Shown: positions 51,614 to 64,000 of the stretch, one piece after another
Position numbering within the stretch: the stretch's first letter is position 1
Layout: every line of letters begins with the position of its first letter
NCBI GenBank assembly: GCA_964016885.1
Contig: OZ024744.1
Location: forward strand, 52,824,001-52,888,000
Direction: 5' to 3'
DNA: 64,000 bases
DNA from: Eledone cirrhosa
Lineage: Eukaryota
Translations under genes and position numbers: made by a program
Notes under the pieces: model-generated
Told to the model about the DNA's origin: nothing
Database searches by the model: none
What the model saw: the letters and a program-made list of their open reading frames with translations, nothing else

Positions 51614-54600
51614 TGTTTCTTTATTAGCCACAGGGGCACAAAAGAAGGGGACAAATACAAAGGGGGAAGTTTACATACAATAAAAACGTGTAAAATGTTA
51701 TCACAAATGCAATTTAAAAAGTTAGTCGATTTTCCCCAATAGGGGAGACAGTTCATATCGGTAACACATACCCCCGAAAAAATGTGCAAACCTCAACTCC
51801 AGGAGTAAGAAGAGTTTGTACTCCTTTCCTCTCCTCTTCCTTTTCCTCAACCTACAGGCTGATATAGAGAGAAGGCCCATTCACTCGGGCCATTCTCGCC
51901 ACTTTCACCCACCTTTCATAAAACTTGCTGAGGTACAGCACCTCTCTCTCCACCCTGAATCTTCTTCCAAAGTGGTATTTGAAATTGAGAATCAGTTGTT
52001 GGCCAGAAAGAAAGGTGTCTGACCTCAGCCCTTTCAACCTTGTCCACCATACAACCTCTTTCGCCATAGCTATCACACAAAGGAAAACCGCCTCTCCTTC
52101 GTTTTTGAAGGAGAGTGGCGGTTTGATCATGACAATGGACTCGGTGGTCAACCGGTTGGTCCCACCCGCGACAATAGTCGTTCTACATAGCCCCACAGGT
52201 CAGTGACGCCCAGGCAGTGTATGAATGCGTGCGCGACGGTTTCTTTGTTACGCACGCACCTCGGACAGATCTTTTTTGCAGGGTCCCTGCCCGGGCGCCC
52301 ATGTCTGTAGAGCTTGTCTCGAACTGGTAGAGCTCCTCGGTAGCACTGCCAGGCCAGGGACTTTTGGAAGTTGTCCATCGGTCCCGGGCGGAAGGTCCTC
52401 CCGAACAGACTGGCCAGTTCATCTTCCTCTACGCCTAAAGTTACACCGAGCGCGTCGTCGCAATTGCTGCGGATCAACCCTCTATTCAATGACGAAGTGG
52501 AGTCTCCACTGATCGCCGGGTCCGCCTGTCAGAGGGCTGTGAGCGCCTGAGCACATTCGATGTGCCAGTCGCCCATTTTCCTCGGTCTTTGCTTGACACA
52601 GGACTGCAGCTCGGTCAGCGAGACGAGTTGTGGGAAGGCTCGCCTCACGAACGGGGCCCACACCGGTTGTCTGGTGAGGAATACGTAGAGATGCCGCAGG
52701 CTGAGCGCGTGTTTGCGCATCGTCAACCACGGCATCACCAGCCCTTCGTTAGAAGAGTGTTGGCAGCAGATGGATCTTCTCACCAAAGGAGCCCGCCTTT
52801 TCCAAAGGAAATGAAAGAGCGCGCGCTCCATTTTGGCGAGCGTTTTGGCTTGGACAAGGCACGACGGTCAAGCGGTAGTAGATGGCGGACGCTATAAAAG
52901 TGTTCGCCACCTCCGCTCGACCTTTCAAGCATAGTTTGCACTCGGCCCACTTCTGGGTGAGTGCAAACACCTTGGCCGTCACTTCGTTCCAGTTCTTCTC
53001 CACCTGGAGGTCCGGACCAAACAAGACCCCGAGCAGCTTTTCCGGTCCTTGCGTCCAGCGTCCGACGACGCAATCGGAACGCATCGGTTTGCCTCTCCAC
53101 GATCCGAGTTGCAAACCGATGGACTTCTCCCGGTACAGCTTCGCTCCTGTGAAACTTTCGTATTCCCTCAGTAAGGTGCCCACTTCCTCGATTTGCGAGG
53201 CGCTCGACACCATTACTGTCAACTCGTCCCGGTTCCAGAGGGATGCCCTGCAATAGCTCCAACTTTCGCAGTAGTGGCTCGAAAGTCAGTACGTACAGAA
53301 GGGAGGAGGGAGGGCATCCCTGTCGAATGGATCGCGTAATATTGAATGACTCCGAGAGGTAGCCGTTCACCTTTACCCTTGAGCAGATGTTGCTGTTGTG
53401 CATTGCAGCAATCCAGCCCCTGAACACGGGTCCGAAGCCTGCCGCCTCGAGCACCGCATCCAGGTAACGATGGTCAACCCTATCGAAAGCCTTAGACAGA
53501 TCCAAGTTGATCAGGGCCCCACCGAAGCCGGATTTACACCCTAACCTCTCTATGATGTATCGCATGAGGTGGAGGTTGTCGTGTATGGACTTGGTCGGGA
53601 TTGCGCATGTCTGCGCTTCTCCCACCAGGTTCTCGACAAGCGCCAGCCTTTTTGCCAACACTTTGGCCAAAATCTGTAACTCTGTGTTTAGCAGAGTTAT
53701 GGGCCGGAAGTTGTCTATGTCATCCCCTTATTCTCGTCCTTCCTGATTAGTGTGACCATTCCCCCGGTTACAGAACTGGGAATTCTCCCGTTCTGTTGCC
53801 AGTTGCAGTAGACCGCTTCCAGGAGACCGGAGAATAAGTCCGGCATTGCTACGTAAAATTCGTAGGGTAGACCATCGAGACCTGGAGATTTGCGTTTGCC
53901 GCATTGGCTCAGCGCGTCCCCTATCTCAGTGGCTGAAATCGGCTTTTCGCAGAACTCTGCCTCGCTGTCCGAGAGTCGCAGTAGGCCGTCGAGGTATGGA
54001 CCGAAATCCATAGCCCCTCCCGGCGCGCCGCCTCACCCGAACAGTTGAGCAAAGTGCCGCTGAAAGGCCGCACACATCTGCTTCGGCTCACGTATCACGC
54101 GTCCGTTTTGGTCCTTTAAAGACCGAATCGTGGACTTGTTGCCACTTTTTGCCCCCGTCACTCGGGCCCAGCTAACAGCTTTGGCTCCCTCGTTTCCCAG
54201 AGCACGTATTTTGCTTCTCACAACGCAGCCCTCGTGCTTTGCGTCGAAGAACTGGTCCAAGGCCGTTCTCGTTGCTAGCATGCTGGCTACGTTGCCACTT
54301 CTAATTGCCTCTTCTACTTTATCTACCAGTTCCTTCTCGGTTCTATTTCTATCTAACGCTAATTCTTTACTAAGAACTAACGAGTCTAATCTAACTGCCC
54401 TCTTGAGAGAGTACCACCATCTGTTGTTGACAATGGCCCCTCTCAAGTGCTGTTTAACTAAAGTGCTAATACGTCTACTGTAGGCTTTGCTTGTCGGTAA
54501 CGACAAGTTTAGCTTCCAGTAGCCGGGTCCTTGTCTATGGGTTCTATCAAGGTTGGGCATGCAGGTCACTAGTTTGTGATCTGAATAGGCAACCATGAAC

Positions 54601-54904
54601 ATTTGTGGACAGCTTAACATGTCCCTATCCTTATTTCTAACTAGAAGCCTATCTAGGTACCATCTAGATGTTCCGCTGAGATTAGTCCACGTCCACAGTG
54701 GCACAGTCGGAAAATCTAGTCGATATCTATCGGCCAGATCAAATCGGTCGATTAACTGTTTGAGGCTGTTACACCCCCCTTTATCGGGACATGCTCCCAT
54801 ATAGTTCCAAGGTGCATCTAGGATTCCATTCCAGTCCCCCACTAAAAGCAAGGAGCGGGACGTTCCCAGAAAAGTCTCTAGATGTTTGAAGAAGTCTGGC
54901 CGCG
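51614..54904 (-). mobile_element. Tx1 copy 3 (same family as copy 1), 5'-truncated in APE
   Basis: Near-identical to 595-3719; (GATA)n at both junctions; the YADD region is deleted near 53225. Confidence 0.92.
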
Positions 54905-54909
54905 GTAGG

Positions 54910-54957
<48 letters not shown>

Positions 54958-54974
54958 AAGATAGCTAGAAAAAG

Positions 54975-56517
54975 TTATTTATTAGCCACAAGGGCACAAG
55001 AGAAGGGAACAAATACAAATGGGGAGTTTACATACAGGTATATGAAAATAAAACTATTAATACAATAACAAATAAAAATTGAAATCCCCAATAGCGGGGA
55101 GGTGTTACACAGGGGTTGTACAAACCCCGAAAAAATGTACAACCCTCATCTCCAGGAGCACCAATAGTGAGTACTCCCCTCCTCTCTTTCTTTTTTTCCT
55201 CAACCTACAGGCTTATATAGAGAGAAGGCCCAACCACTCGGGCCATCTTTGCCGCATTAACCCACCTTCTTTAAAATTTGCTGGGGTACAGCACCTCTCT
55301 CTCCATCCTGATTCTTCTTCCAAAATGATATTTGAAAAAACGAATCAGTTTTTCGCCGGAGAAAGGTGACTGACCTCAGCCCTTTTAACCTCGTCCACCA
55401 TATAACCTCTTTCACCATAGCCATAACACATAGGAAAACAGCCTCTCCTTCGTTTTTGAAGGAGGCTAGCGGTTTGATCATGACAATGAACTTGGTTGTC
55501 AACTGGATTGGTCCCACCGGCAACAATAGTCGTTCTACATAGTCCCACAGGTCGGTACCGCCCGAGCAGTGTACAAATGCGTGCTCGACGGTTTCCTCGT
55601 CGCGCACGCATCTCGGACAGACCTTTTTCAAAGGGTCCCTGCCCGGGCGCCCGTGTCTGTAGAGCTTGTCTCAAACTGGTAGAGCTCCTCGGTAGCACTG
55701 CCAGGCCAGGGATCTTTGGAAGTTGTCCATCGGTCGTGGGCGGAAGGTCCTACCGAACAGACTGTCCAGTTCGTCTTCCTCTACGCCTAGAGATTCTCCG
55801 AGCGCGTCGTCGCACTTGCTGCGGACCAACCCTTTATAGAATGACGATGTGGAGTCTCCACTGATCGCCGGGTCCGCCTGCCAGAGGGCTGTGAGCGCCT
55901 GAGCATATTCAATGTGCCAGTCGCCCATTTTCCTCGATCTTTGCTTGACCCAGAACTGCAGCTCGGTCAGCGAGACGAGTCGTGGGAATGCTACCCTCAC
56001 TAACGGGGCCCACACCGGTTGTCCGGTGAGGAATGCGTGGAGGTGCCGCAGCTTGAGCGCGTGTTTGCGCATCGTCAGCCACGGCACCCCCAGCCCTCCG
56101 TGTGAAGGGTGTTGGCAGATGGATCTTCTCACCAAAGGAGCCCGCTTCTTCCAAAGGAATTGGAAGAGCGTTTTGGCTGGACAAGGCACGACGGTCAAGC
56201 GGTAGTAGATGACGGACGCTATAAAAGTGTTCGCCACCTCCGCTCGACCTTTCAAGGATAGTTTGCACTCAGTTTAGTTCTTCTCCACCTGGAGGGCCGG
56301 ACCAAACCAGACACCGAGCAGCTTTACCGGTCCTTCCGTCCAGCATCCCACGATGCCATCGGAAGGCATCGGTTTGCCTCTCCACGTTCCGAGTTGCAAA
56401 CCGACAGATTTGTCCCGGCTCAGCTTCGCTCATGTGAACCTTTCGTATTCCTTCAGTAAGGTGCCAACCTCCGCGATTCGCGAGGTGCTCGACACCATTA
56501 CTGTAACGTCGTCGGCG

Positions 56518-56520
<3 letters not shown>
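54975..56520 (-). mobile_element. Tx1 copy 4, 5'-truncated at YADD, head-to-tail with copy 3
   Basis: Homologous to ORF2 3' third; (GATA)n at 54905-54965 and 56518-56552. Confidence 0.9.
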
Positions 56521-56553
<33 letters not shown>

Positions 56554-56949
56554 ACAATATAGATATAAATGCAGTTTTGTAATTTAAGAACCCTAGATTC
56601 ATCCGGTAGACCTTTCATCAGAGAATGTGAACATCCTATTTATTTCGGTTTTCCCCCACTTGAAAATGGCATAGCGTAATCCGGCAGCTATTTCTTGCAG
56701 GCCGAGTGATCGCGTAGACGTAGGCCAGTAATTGGCTAGTAATAGTGGTAGTGTAGGGTGTGGTGGTAGTGGTAGTAGTGACGGTAGTAGTGGTTTTAGT
56801 AGCAATGCTGTTGTTGGTGGTATTAGTAGTGTTGTTGTTGTTAGCAGTAGTAGTAGTAGTATTCTCACTGGCCATTCAACCCTGGTGTATCTAGGAAAGA
56901 AAAGTTCAATTTAACGATTTCTTATTTTTACGACAGGAGTGTGTACTTT

Positions 56950-57115
56950 AATGGGCGGCAAACTGGCAGAGTGGTTAAAACGTCTGATAGAATGTTTTGC
57001 AGTATGAATTACGGCTCTCTCAATATTCTGAGTTTAAATCCACTGACGTCAACCTTACTTACATCATTTCGGAGTCGGTAAATTATGTATTAGTTACTTC
57101 CATACTGGAGTCGAT
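56950..57115 (+). mobile_element. Decayed tRNA-derived SINE
   Basis: tggcagagtggtta A-box-like, gagtttaaatcc B-box-like, ggagtcggtaaa core. Confidence 0.55.
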
Positions 57116-57156
57116 TTTTCTATATATCTCTCCCTCTCTCTCTCACACACAGACGC

Positions 57157-57190
<34 letters not shown>

Positions 57191-58671
57191 GAATACACAC
57201 ACACACACACTCTCTTTCGCTGGAATAAGTCCGCAGTGTTTAGACCTTGCGATAGATGTCATCCGGCAAGTTTAAATTGTCCAAGAGACACCTTGTATCA
57301 CTACAGAGCCTCTACGTCTCCATCAACAGTAGAGAGTTAATGGCACATTTTGACATGCGATTTCCAGGAAGATTTGTCAGTTATTTTTATGGGGAGGTTC
57401 ATCAACCACCAGGGTCGGATATTCAGCTGCTGATATTTCAAAATATAAGACCACTGTGTGTGTGTGGCCCTAAGGTATATTTTATTTAAGTCACAGGTAA
57501 TTCCAGCACTGACGACCACGTAGAAGCTCGTTGGTTAGGTCACTGCCGTAATCTTAGTTGATGTGTATTGGCGGGAAGTGTCTGGTGATGACTGTATTAT
57601 CAAGCACGGTAACATGACATATTTATTAAACAATAACTCACGATCGATATACATTTACATATATTATATACATGATATATATATATATATATATATAAAT
57701 ATCTATATAAATATATATATATATATATGTGTTTCTGTGTGTGTGTGTGTGTGTATACATATATGTAAGTACACACACACACTCACACACACATATTTAT
57801 ATATATATATATACATACTTATATCCGGGGCAGGACATTTATGAATATGACATTAAAAGTAAACACTATTAATTCAGATAAAATAAACAGAAACACAGTT
57901 CGAAATGTAAAAAAAAAATAAGAAAAAAATAAGAAAAAAAAAAATAAGAAAAAGCTGTTTCAGGTCGTCAATCAGGGTTTATTCCTTTTGTTTTGCTTTG
58001 TTTTCTTTCTTTCTTTCCTTCATTCTGTCATAATTTCTTCTGTTTCTTTCTTTCTTCCTTTCCTTCTTTCTTTCTTTCCTCTATTCTTTCTTTCATTCTT
58101 TCTTCTTTCCTTCTGTTTGTCTTTCACACCATTTTTTCTTTACATCTTTCTTTCTTTTATTCGGCCTGTATTTCTTTCCATCCTTCTTTATTCTATTCCA
58201 TCATTCCTTCATTCACTCATTCATTCATTCATTCTTTCGTTCTTTCTCTCTTTCTTTTATAGTCTATTCTCTTTTAAGAAGTTAACCGGAAATTTGCTTT
58301 TGTTCTTTGTCCGTTTCTTTTCTAAGACCTATTTGGTGACTAAAAATGGTGGTACAATACCTAACGACGACCCCCATCACAACCATCACAAATATCACTA
58401 CCAACACATCACCATCACCATCAGACCACCATCAAAACATCACCACTCCTACCACACATCATCACAGCCATCATCAACACCACAACCACCAAACCCACAA
58501 TCTCAACAACAATCAACATAATAAAAAGAACCATCACCATCACAACCGACACCACCACCACCACCATCACAAGCCAACACCAATACATGACACACCTAAT
58601 ATCTGAAATTTGAACATAACTTCATGTCTAATTTCTCGTACACTTATCTTCGACTCATGTATGTATGTATG

Positions 58672-61600
58672 TTCTTCTGGTTTTATAATTTCACAAAGTT
58701 TTACCAATAGAGAGAGAGTCGGTTTCTAAGATAGACACAAGACTCTCTCATTGGATTTTACACAACATCAACTAGGTAGATATGTATGTCTGCATGCATG
58801 TGTAGATATGGATGTTATTGTATGTGTGGATGTGGATGTTTTGAGTTGTATGTGTGCATGTGTATATGCTTTGTATCTGTACATGTGTATATGCAGTTAT
58901 TAGATGCAAAATGTTTGGAATGTGTTACGTATTTTTACTGTTCCATTAATGGATTGTACTTGTAATTTCCTAACTAGTTGTGTTCTTTCTGTTCCTCTGA
59001 GGCCTAGATTCTCGAGATTTGTATTGAGGAAGTTACTAACATACCCAGTGCCCAATAATCACAGGCATAAATCAGGTGTAATCAGGGTGGAGTATCTGCA
59101 GATTTCTCATCAGTTCTGCATAAATATTATCCTTTTCGCTAATCTTTGATATTATATTGGCATCAGCTGGGCAGCTAATTAGCACTACTGTGCATGCTTT
59201 CTTCTCCCTTTCCCATATCATAATATCTGGTCTGTTATGCCCGCATTTTATTTGGGTTTTTACTGGAACATTCCAATAGTACTCTTTCGTATTATGTATG
59301 TCGATGTCTTCCACATTGCTGGAGCTTTTAATGTGTTTATTATCAGGGCATCTTTTTTACGAACTGCATTGTACAGTGTTTTGGCCACTACATCATGCCT
59401 CATCGTATATAGTATCGTGGCGACATCTTTGGACACCTGCTGGTGACATGGGTGACATCGTCGATGTTACTTCTGCAGAGTCTGGACTTGTTAACACATC
59501 TTGGTGTTTTGCCTACATCCCTATCTCTTTTATGAATCAGGTATTTCGTGTTAATTTCCTGTTCTTGTATTGCAAAAGCGTATCCTTCAAAGTGGGAGCC
59601 AATGTAGCGGTTGTTGGTCCAAGATAGACTACTTTCCTTATCTATATTACTCTCACTCTGGAGCTTCTTGGCAACATATCCGTGCAAAATCTTTTGCTGA
59701 TAAGCATGCAGTTCTTCATCCATGGATTCAATGTAATACTGTTGAGCGACTTCCCTGGGTATGAGTTATTGATTATCACAGGGAATATCTCTCGGGGAGT
59801 TCCTTCCCAACTCTCATGATCTCATCTGTTTCATGCAGATAGACTTACTCGAGCGACGGGCTCCTGCGCTTCGAGGTTCGTAGATGTTGTCGGAGGGATA
59901 TGACGCGACATTCAAATGTTGTCTGGACTGATGTTAGGCCTCTGCCTCCCTGCTTACGTTTCAAGTAAAGGCGGTCTATGTCACTGTTGATATCGAAGTT
60001 TCCGGTTTTGTTTAGTATTTTTCGAGTTCTAATATTAATTGTTCGGATTTCGACTATTGTCCAATTGAGTATTCCAAACGTTGGTGTTAGGACAGGCACA
60101 GCAAACACGTTCTGAGGCACTGTTTTGTTTTGCGCAGAGAGTTCCGATGACCATATCTTTCTTAATCTGGTGTAGTAATCCCTGGTTACGCGTTCCTTAT
60201 TACAGATACCATTATAGGATATGTTCTCATCTATCCCCAGGTAACTGTAGCAGTCCTCATCATATATCGGTGAAACAGTTAGGCTATTCTGGCATGCAAT
60301 GGGTCGGTAGTTTTTTGCCAAGTGGGTGTCTTTGTTCTTTGGGACCAGTGATGTTTGTGCTAATGTCAACCATTCTGGAATAAGTGTATCTCCCTTAAGA
60401 ACTTGTTTGTAGTGGCCATTAAGGTACCTCCGATAGAATATCAATTTTTTTGTACCAGTAGCCGACAATCATGTCTCTACCTGGTGTTTTCTTATGACAT
60501 TCTCAAGTGTACCCTCACTTATTTCGTATGTTTTTGTTGTAGTGTAAGAGCTATAGTTCTTTCGGATTTCTTTTAGCCACACTGCATCTTGGTTGAAATT
60601 TTTCTTTTCACCCCATAATTTGCTCCAAAAGGAATCTATGTCTTTCTGGGATGGGGGCTCAGTGACACTTATTATTTTGTTCTTCATATCTCTATAGACT
60701 GATGTTTGGTTTCGTCTGAATCTTTTATTAAACACTTTTTCGCTAACAGCTCTCAATTCTTGTTTGAGGGTGATCAGCTTATATTGAAGAGTTCTGGTTC
60801 TACTGTTACCAAACATCGTCTCTTTTATTTTTCACTCTTTGTTGGTGAGGAGTGAGGTTTTTTGGTGTTTGTTTGCATGTAAGGAGAATTGTCACATATC
60901 CTCTGGTTTTTCGTAGGTCAGCAATCTTTTTTTCTATTCTAGTTATATATGATGGTATTTTTGGTGGTGTTTTATTCTTGTTAATATCTCTGCTATCACC
61001 AAGATAATGCTTCACTGTCGTTGCTAAGGCATATAAACAGGCGTTGATTTGCCAAAATGTTGGGTTTTTATCCGTCGTAAATATCCATCCCTTATTTCGT
61101 CAATAACACGTAATATTTCATTATTTGTTTTTTTTATTTAATATTGTCGTTTTAATACGTTCAGCAAGGGAGATTTATATATGAGTTAATTTCTCTCTGG
61201 AAGATTTCGTTGCCGGAAATTTTCAATTGTTTATACTTTTGATTATTATCATTATCGGAAGGGCGGTGGATTGGCAGTATCGGTAGAGGGTCGGACGCCA
61301 TGCTTTGCAGCATAGAGTTACGGTCCTTTATGATCTGAGTTCAAATCCCGCCGAGATTAACTTTGCCTTTCATCCTTACGGGGTCGATAAAATAAAGTAC
61401 CAGTCACGCACTGGGGTCGATTTAATTGATTTTCCCCTCCCCCAAAATTTCTGGCCTTGTGCCTATATAAGAAACAATTATTATTATTATCGATAGTATT
61501 TTCCACAACAGTCGAGGTAAACTCGGATGGTACACGTGGTGTCAAATTTCTTCGATTATTATTATTATTTCTTCGATTATTATTATTATCGATAGTGTTT

Positions 61601-62280
61601 TCCCCAGCATTCGAGGTAGACTTAGATGGTACACGCGGTGTCAAGTTTCTTAGAGGCATAGTTGTTTCAAGGCGCTGTTCGACCTGGCTGTTAGGAAGTC
61701 TAGTAGCATGGCGACCTGTAGCACGTGTTGTTGATAACATGTTTGTTGTGGGGGACTTACAATTAATAATATTTATCTTATTTTTACTTTCAACAAACGT
61801 CGCTTGTTGGCGTAATTGTTTCGCTATGAAATAATTTAGCTCTGGGTGCATTTCGTCCCAGTGTAGCTTCATTCTATTCATATAGCCAATGGAGGGATTG
61901 TTTTTTGGTATTTTATAACAATTAAATAAATCATTATTAAGTTCGCAACTCCAAGAGAAATGCGATTTATAATTTCGGTTTCTTCTGTAGCTACAACTGA
62001 ATAAAGATTGTTTACCTTTCTCGTTGTTTGTTTTCGAAACTTCCTTAATTTTGTTGCTGATGTTGTGTTCAGACATGCTGCTTGTAGCAAATCCTTGTAA
62101 AATGAATTATGTATTTAGTCGGATATCTCTACGAATTCGAATAAAAGGTGTCTTTAGAAGATATAGTTAGGAGAATAACCAGTTATTCAACATGACTGTA
62201 GTTGTGGCATTACTGTCGGAGATAGTATTCATCTTAACTTTAATAAATAGTCTCCCACGCCAAAATATGGGACTGATATG
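58672..62280 (-). mobile_element. Dong/R4 copy D, both ends apparently present, RT core deleted, decayed
   Basis: N-terminal W..E.N..L..CY...GYM.RM..HW..HP motif (62076-61357); YRPIACQN fused to LTVSPI near 60285; TATG repeats on both sides. Confidence 0.85.
61258..61490 (+). mobile_element. Full-length tRNA-derived SINE (MetaSINE-like core) inserted in Dong copy D
   Basis: A box tggcagtatcgg, B box gagttcaaatcc, core ttgcctttcatccttacggggtcgataaaataaagtaccag, (ATT)n tail. Confidence 0.82.
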
Positions 62281-62344
62281 CATGTATGTATGTGTGTATG
62301 TATGTACACATTTTCATCAAAACAGTGTGAGACGGATTCTATCA

Positions 62345-63685
62345 TAGAAACAGAAGAACCCTTTCATTGGAATTTGGAGAACTTAAATTAAGTAAATACG
62401 TATGTATGTCTGTATATGTTTGTGTGTGTGCGTGCGAGTAACATGTGCGGGTGTTTTTCCATGTGTGGGTCTATTTGTTTCGAGCTCTATGTGTGCTCGT
62501 GCATATGTTACTGTATTTATACATGTGTATATGCAGTTATTACATGCAGAATTTCTGTAATGTTTTACATATATTTACAGTTCCATTAGTAGATTGTATT
62601 TTCAACTTCCTAACTAGCCGTGCTGTTTCTGGTTCTGTGAAGGCTAGCTTCCCAAGATTTGTACTAAAGCAGTTAATATGGCATACAAATGCCCCCCATT
62701 GTCAATACAAATCTAAAGGTATAGTCAAGGTGGCGTGTCTGCATATTCTTCATAAGTCCAGCATCTTTAACATTATATTGACATCTACTGGGCAACTGAT
62801 TTCCCCTACCGTACATGGCTTCATTTTTCTGGCCTGTTTTATATGCAATTTATTTGGGTTTTGACTGGAACAATCCACCCGTACTCTTTTATACTATGTA
62901 TTCATACGTCTTCTGTCTCGCTGCAAGCATTTAAATGTTATTCTCAGGACTATCCAATCTGTGGATTGCATTGTATCGTTTCTTGCCAGTAAATGCCTCG
63001 TAAGTAAATAATATCGTTATGACATTTTTGGACAGCTGCTTATGACATGGGTGACAACCTGGATGTTTATTCCGCTGAGTCTACATATGTTCTCACATTG
63101 ACGTGTTTTACTTGCATCCTTATCTATTTTGTGAATCAGGTATTTCGTTATTATTTTCTGTTTTGGGATTACAAAACATATACTTCAAGGTGAAAGTAAT
63201 TTACCGGTAAAATAACTGATTTGCTTATCGGTATTACTTTCACTGTGACGCTTTCTGACAACATAGCCATGCAAAATTTCTGAGCAATTTTCCTGAGTAT
63301 TAGGTTTTGGTTATCATGCAGGGAATATTTCTCAATGAGCTCCTTCCCAACTCTTATGTAGAAAGACTAGTTCTATAGGTGGGCTTCTCGGTTAGGCAGT
63401 TCATAGATGTTGTCGTAGTAATATGATGTGACACTCAAATGCTGTTTGGACTGATTAAATTTCAGGTAGGGCAGCCTATATTACTGTTGGTGTGGAAATT
63501 TCTAGTGCCGGTTAGAAATTTTAGGCTTGTAACATCGATTAGGATCTTATCTAGGTTCTAGTTAAGTATCCGAAATGTAGGTTTTAGCACAGCCACATTA
63601 TAGGCTACAGATGTATTGTGTGCAGAGTGTTCAGAAAACCATATGTTTCTGATTCTGATGTTTTATACCCTGGTTACTTGTTCCC
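62345..63685 (-). mobile_element. Older diverged Dong/R4 copy E, directly upstream of copy D in the same orientation
   Basis: Colinear with the 3' ~1.5 kb of copies C and D with many substitutions. Confidence 0.75.
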
Positions 63686-64000
63686 ACTCTTTACGTTGCC
63701 TAACCATTCTTGTTTGTTTACATGTCTCTCTTTCTCCACCCAATTCTTTTTATCCCAATAACTTTATTTAGTTATTGCTCGCGCTGGCCTGAGGTATCTG
63801 ATCTTTAATGCGAAGAAATATCTATGATGGCCAGAAGATCACTGATGATGGATAGTCCTGGTTTCTTACTCTATTTTTAATACATATGTATCACATCCGC
63901 AACAACGCAGCACGCCATTTTTCATCTCTATATTGTTTCCCTTCGCTGTGACCTGTCTTTCTCTTTCCATTCTCTCCATTCTCTCTCCTTGTAACTCTTA

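Noticed and set aside
56558-56739. Helitron-like segment ending ggctagt, containing a minus-strand CTGATGA
   Set aside because: Weak 3' hairpin; no GAAA..UH to complete a hammerhead
63836-63870. gatca-CTGATGA-tgga-tag-tcc motif
   Set aside because: No GAAA box or closing helix I

Overview
Eukaryotic, AT-rich, repeat-saturated DNA with no confidently identifiable host gene. The microsatellite load, tRNA-derived SINEs and mix of Dong/R4, RTE, Tx1 and Penelope elements suggest an octopus or other coleoid cephalopod genome (inference). Contents: (i) four large minus-strand Tx1-clade LINEs in two head-to-tail pairs plus short 3' fragments, most abutting (GATA)n, with a second subfamily in (ATT)n; (ii) five Dong/R4-clade RLE retrotransposon copies associated with (CATA)n; (iii) two large RTE-clade LINEs, one starting with an HDV-like ribozyme fold, plus a bipartite non-autonomous derivative; (iv) a 5'-truncated Naiad-like Penelope element (RT + GIY-YIG) and a 1.7-kb palindrome of its 3' UTR; (v) about 13 type I hammerhead-ribozyme motifs read by eye, most inside small fold-back elements in (TA)n tracts; (vi) SINEs, a hAT MITE, a probable non-autonomous Helitron, a CRE-like fragment, an LTR gag fragment abutting a Tx1 ORF1, and a 42-bp minisatellite. 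The most interesting signals are the dense, diverse hammerhead/fold-back family and the partitioning of microsatellite targets among retroelement families. All structures were paired by hand; no searches or folding programs were run, and boundaries are approximate.
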